IMG/VR virus record: IMGVR_UViG_3300028045_000001
Location: 175,961-239,960 of that record
DNA length: 64,000 nt
Strand: one strand, 5' to 3'
In this document: positions 59,929-64,000 of the stretch, one piece after another
How the letters are laid out: every line of letters begins with the position of its first letter
How positions within the stretch are numbered: the stretch's first letter is position 1
Notes under the pieces: model-generated
Database searches by the model: none
Seen by the model: the letters and a program-made list of their open reading frames with translations, nothing else
Told to the model about the DNA's origin: nothing
Translations under genes and position numbers: made by a program

Positions 59929-59968
59929 AGGTGGCTCTGGGTACCACATGTGGTACCCAGAGCCACCT
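59929..59968. repeat. Perfect 40-bp palindrome, no spacer
   Basis: aggtggctctgggtaccaca|tgtggtacccagagccacct. Confidence 0.9.
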
Positions 59969-60008
59969 TCACTACAAGCATTATAAAATTATAAATAGGA
60001 TACTCATT

Positions 60009-61052
60009 ATGCAATACTACGCAGCCCCTATATCGGAAAATGATTTTAGTGATATAGATTCGCCACCTATATTGGAGTACAGTAATATGATCAATGGGGG
60101 GAATACAAATAAGCCCGTAGTTGGGGACGTGGCAGTCATAGTAGGCGGCCATACCGTTCATTCCGATATGGGTGACGGGAGCCCAATTAAGTCTACCCAA
60201 ATGACATTGGTATCAACCGGAGCAAGCTCACAACTATCTGGAGAACTAAATACCGTTAGGTCCTTTTTCGATTCAACCTCAAACAGCACCCTGGATCAGG
60301 CTGTGCATACAGGTGGGGTTGTTGGCGGTTGGAGCGAGGTGACTGAATATCGTACATTCGAGAGTCCACCGAATCCAATAGAGCAGACGGTTGTGTCAAC
60401 TGGTGGGACTACGACCAGAGTGGGCAATATGGCCCTTGCTTCACTCGCACACACTTCTACATCAAACGGAGAAAGGGACACACAAATAGTTACTTGTGGA
60501 ATAAGTATGACTGGTGCCTACGTCGCACTTATGCAACGCTCTACCATATCTACATGTACCGATGCAGTTGAAAGTGGGGACGGGAGTCAAGGTATACTAA
60601 GTGACCATGGTGGATCTACCTCTAGTGGCAAGAGCGACATAGCGCTTCATGTACACCAGCAAGTTATAGCCACTTCAGTTATCTCAACTGGTGCAAGCAT
60701 GGTTATAGTGGAACATACGCCCTACTCTTTATTCTCCAATTGTGGTGCTTCCAATGGTGTAGGGGATGTAGGTATTATGATAGGCGGATTGTCCAATGAT
60801 GTCGCCAAGTATGCGGTAGAGAGATACACTATATCCACTGGATCTTTTGTTGGGGGTACCGGCAGTTTAATTAAGAAAGTATTATTTGGTGGAGCCACTT
60901 CTAACGGGATTGACGACGTTGCCATAATTAGTGGCGGCCTTGCAGACGACGGAAGTATACAACAAAAGATTATATCTACCAACGATGATGCCATTGTCAC
61001 CGGAACATTGGTATCACATGCAACTGGAATTGCGGCTACTTGTAACAGTTGA
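60009..61052 (+). CDS. Kelch-like repeat virion appendage tip protein
   Basis: About seven (I/V)STG...SNG..D.....GG units. Start is probably ATG 60009, because 59931 lies inside the palindrome. Confidence 0.62.
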   Translation: MQYYAAPISENDFSDIDSPPILEYSNMINGGNTNKPVVGDVAVIVGGHTVHSDMGDGSPIKSTQMTLVSTGASSQLSGELNTVRSFFDSTSNSTLDQAVHTGGVVGGWSEVTEYRTFESPPNPIEQTVVSTGGTTTRVGNMALASLAHTSTSNGERDTQIVTCGISMTGAYVALMQRSTISTCTDAVESGDGSQGILSDHGGSTSSGKSDIALHVHQQVIATSVISTGASMVIVEHTPYSLFSNCGASNGVGDVGIMIGGLSNDVAKYAVERYTISTGSFVGGTGSLIKKVLFGGATSNGIDDVAIISGGLADDGSIQQKIISTNDDAIVTGTLVSHATGIAATCNS

Positions 61053-61075
61053 ATTTTTAAAAAATAGGTGATATT

Positions 61076-62734
61076 ATGGAATACTATGCCAAGCCCTTCT
61101 TAGAAGCGGAAATCGACGCCCTGCCAAATTATAAGAGAGGGTCATTATGCTACGGTAACATGATACAAGGTGGCACCATTATAGCTCCACCTAATGTATT
61201 GCCTGAAATAAATACTGTCACTATATCTGGAGTCACTGAAGCACCAAACGGCGAGTTAGTGAATGGCCGATATCCCCAGGCAGGTAGAGATGCAAATGGC
61301 TTTCCGTATTTCAAACATGAATCATATGATTATTATTTATGGTTTGTCGCAGACACATGGTACCTTGCTGAAACTACTGTGGCAGATGTTACAAATGCTG
61401 TACCTCCTGTTGATAATTTTTGGGCCCATGGGACTGACGACAATTATATAGTAGGTGCAATGTATACCCCATATGGAAGTTATATCTCGTTCCCAATAGT
61501 AAAATATATTTCAACGGAAGGTAATCAACATTTTGTTGGGGCTGCCAAAGCAGAGATAGCTAATCCATATTATATAGTTTCCCAGATAGGGCCGAGTGGT
61601 CCACCCGAACCAGGGGAGGCCGGATATGTGCCAACTGATGGTATAGATATCCCTGGGAATAACAGAGCCATTGTTGCTAATATAGCAGACATACCATCAG
61701 ATAATAAATCATTCAATGGTGTGTACTTGCACGAAGACAAATGGTCCGATAATGGATTCCCCTATTTTAAACATAACGTTAGTGATATATACATTTATTA
61801 TTCTAACGACCGTTGGTATCTTGCCGAGGCTTCTGAAGATACCGCAATAGTGGGGGATGTACCGCAAGGTAATTATTGGGAAAAGACGACTCTACCTACC
61901 AACTACAAGATAGATGGCGCTTTCCAACCTGTGGGATATGTAACAACTGGCGCTGTGATCTATCTATCCATATATGACGACACTTTCTTTTGGGGAGCAT
62001 TTGATGGCCAGAAAGCTAACCCATGTGCGCCTGGACTTGTTGGTGAAGGGACGTATAGTCCATGGGATAGTGATGGAAAGTGTAACTGGGCTGGATCATG
62101 GATATGCGGCGAAGGTCCAGATAGATGTATAGCTTGCTATTGTGATACCGATTGCAATTGTGTGTACGATCCAGAAGTGGAGCCACCATTGGACCTTATT
62201 ACTCCGACCGAAGCTAGTGAGTCTGGATATCCTATATCTTGGACACACTCTGAGACACCGGGAGTTACATATGAAATTGCTCGCTCTACTTCCATAGACA
62301 TGCGTAATCCAGAAGTAACTACGACTACACAAACTACTTTGACGTATGGTTCAACTGAGCCAAGGACATACTGGCACACAGTCATAGCCACACTTGATGG
62401 CGTTCGTAGCCCGATAGCTATGGGAGGCTCATGTAAAGTAACTGAAAATTATATACCGATAGCACCTCCAACAAATCTTATAGTCCCAGATACTGTAGTA
62501 GGGGAGGATGGGTACACTATATCGTGGACTGTTACTAACGAATTGGGTGCAGTGTATGAACTTGCCAGATCTATAAATTCTGATATGTCCGATTCAGAAA
62601 TCGCCACCATATCGTTCGGTCAATTTACTTACAGTAGAACAAGTCCCAACACATACTATCACACCATCCAAACAGTAGTAATTGGTACTGATCGTAGTGT
62701 TGTAATCGGCCCAGAAGCATGTATTGTTACTTAA
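61076..62734 (+). CDS. Modular virion appendage protein (two NG-Y/NGFPYFKH modules, Cys-rich segment, two FN3)
   Basis: Duplicated NG.Y......NGFPYFKH...WYLAE; CIACYCDTDCNC; two FN3-like units at the C-terminus. Confidence 0.62.
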   Translation: MEYYAKPFLEAEIDALPNYKRGSLCYGNMIQGGTIIAPPNVLPEINTVTISGVTEAPNGELVNGRYPQAGRDANGFPYFKHESYDYYLWFVADTWYLAETTVADVTNAVPPVDNFWAHGTDDNYIVGAMYTPYGSYISFPIVKYISTEGNQHFVGAAKAEIANPYYIVSQIGPSGPPEPGEAGYVPTDGIDIPGNNRAIVANIADIPSDNKSFNGVYLHEDKWSDNGFPYFKHNVSDIYIYYSNDRWYLAEASEDTAIVGDVPQGNYWEKTTLPTNYKIDGAFQPVGYVTTGAVIYLSIYDDTFFWGAFDGQKANPCAPGLVGEGTYSPWDSDGKCNWAGSWICGEGPDRCIACYCDTDCNCVYDPEVEPPLDLITPTEASESGYPISWTHSETPGVTYEIARSTSIDMRNPEVTTTTQTTLTYGSTEPRTYWHTVIATLDGVRSPIAMGGSCKVTENYIPIAPPTNLIVPDTVVGEDGYTISWTVTNELGAVYELARSINSDMSDSEIATISFGQFTYSRTSPNTYYHTIQTVVIGTDRSVVIGPEACIVT

Positions 62735-62768
62735 ATAAATAATGGAAGTCACCAAAGGAGACTCTGCA

Positions 62769-63854
62769 ATGAAAGATCTATTTGATGGGATTACAAACGA
62801 CGACGATATAGTAACCAATCCAAAAGAAATTATGTTGGAGATCAATGAGATACTCTCGGATATAAGTGCCAACTTTGAAGAGTTGTCTATATTGGAAGAT
62901 GCGATCGAAGATGTGTCTCTTATCAAGGACACTATTTCCGAACAGGGGCTTACTGTACCATTGGCCAAACTAATTCAGAATAAAGGTGGAGAAGTATTGT
63001 TCGATGGTACAGACATATCCCTGCAAGGATATATCGACAACATGCACACGTCCGAGGAATCCCAAGAAATCGTGATGAATGGTCTTGTGAAGACACTAAA
63101 GATTGGGTTAGATAAAATTTATAACTTCGTTATGTCGATTTTAAAAAAAGTAGGCGAAGCATTAAAAAAACTTTTTAAATTTTTAACTAGAAAAAATTGG
63201 GCTCATTATAAATGGAGATATTATTCGGATAAATTCATAATAGATGAAAAAATGAAGCACGGCTACGCTACTGCTCCTTGGAGTGTAGATAGTATGTCAA
63301 CCCTACTAATTGAATTAAGTAAGGGCTATAATAGAAAGTCATTGAAAGCACTCGATGTTTTTTATAGCGGAGTTCCATTGACGGAAGCATTAGATAAAGT
63401 CAGACATGAGCTACTCTTTAAATGTGCGTCAGAATGTATCGGACTTAATGTTATACTGGATACTACAACAGGGAACACAGCGGTACACCTTGAATATAAT
63501 GTAAGAGATAAATTTGACTATGATCCGGATCAACATATATCGCTTTACGATGCCGGATGGAGAGTTGGAAAATCAAAAGAAATAGAAAAGACATTCGAGG
63601 GATTATTGGCCCTTAATAGTACAATCAAAGCCATAGAGAATAAATCCAATTATATTGCTGTAGCACTAGGGGGGGCCAAGCGCGCTACTGAGAAAAACCC
63701 AACTGATCCGAACGCTGCAGAAAGATATGCTACAATGGTAAATAACAGTAAGTTCGTAATAAAATTCGTCAATACAAGCAGTCGTTGTCTCATTAAGCTG
63801 TTCAAGGAGATAGGTGATGACGTAGAGAAAGTAGATCGACTATGTAAAAAATAA
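62769..63854 (+). CDS. Putative internal head/ejection protein, paralogue of 58914-59903
   Basis: ISLQG...IVMNG, then an amphipathic helix LDKIYNFVMSILKKVGEALKKLF; AAAGGAG before ATG 62769. Confidence 0.55.
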   Translation: MKDLFDGITNDDDIVTNPKEIMLEINEILSDISANFEELSILEDAIEDVSLIKDTISEQGLTVPLAKLIQNKGGEVLFDGTDISLQGYIDNMHTSEESQEIVMNGLVKTLKIGLDKIYNFVMSILKKVGEALKKLFKFLTRKNWAHYKWRYYSDKFIIDEKMKHGYATAPWSVDSMSTLLIELSKGYNRKSLKALDVFYSGVPLTEALDKVRHELLFKCASECIGLNVILDTTTGNTAVHLEYNVRDKFDYDPDQHISLYDAGWRVGKSKEIEKTFEGLLALNSTIKAIENKSNYIAVALGGAKRATEKNPTDPNAAERYATMVNNSKFVIKFVNTSSRCLIKLFKEIGDDVEKVDRLCKK

Positions 63855-63878
63855 TTTATTACTGGGGGCCATTCTATC

Positions 63879-64000
63879 ATGAAAAATCTATTCGATAACG
63901 AAACCGATGATCAAAAAAGGCGAAGACTGCATATACAAGAAGATGGATTTGATCTAATGCAATTCCTCATCAATGCCTCAGATAATATGGAAGTGCGCAC
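63879..64000 (+). CDS. Partial ORF, possibly another head-protein paralogue (3' truncated)
   Basis: MKNLFDNETDD... resembles the MKDLFDGITNDDD start of the previous gene. Confidence 0.4.
   Translation, partial: MKNLFDNETDDQKRRRLHIQEDGFDLMQFLINASDNMEVR

Noticed and set aside
59856-60200. MALGTTCGTQSHL peptide appearing on both strands
   Set aside because: An artefact of the 40-bp palindrome at 59929-59968; the real start is probably 60009.
1-64000. Stop-codon reassignment, tRNA genes, introns in RNAP genes
   Set aside because: Long genes are intact in the standard code and end in TAA, TGA or TAG. No cloverleaf was recognised by eye, and the RNAP ORFs are continuous. A tRNAscan run would be needed to be certain.

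Overview
AT-rich window from a phiKZ-like jumbo bacteriophage, with almost all genes on the + strand; the assignment rests on split multisubunit RNA polymerase genes. It carries pieces of two RNA polymerases: beta C-terminal and beta' C-terminal parts at 2-3923 (probably the non-virion enzyme), and beta' N-terminal (15840-17534, minus strand, DADYDGD) plus a large beta (27399-31496), probably the virion enzyme. Other core genes are an SF2 helicase, putative baseplate/virion proteins, a 2086-aa gp181-like tail protein with a separate GH24 lysozyme gene, and internal-head-like proteins. A 17-kb block encodes ten paralogous fibre/appendage proteins that share one domain fused to FN3 arrays and Kelch-like repeats. 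A nucleotide-metabolism/accessory block encodes ThyX, a DHH phosphoesterase, a C39-like peptidase, an HD-like protein, a GNAT and a nucleoside-hydrolase-like protein. The most unusual element is an apparent early operon at 11101-15823: three genes built only of shuffled CCCH zinc-finger repeats (13 units), followed by six tandem stand-alone proteins that look like intein/Hint domains with the catalytic residues replaced. Fourteen perfect, sequence-unrelated intergenic palindromes and two candidate promoter classes punctuate the window. All calls come from motifs read by eye; no database searches were run.
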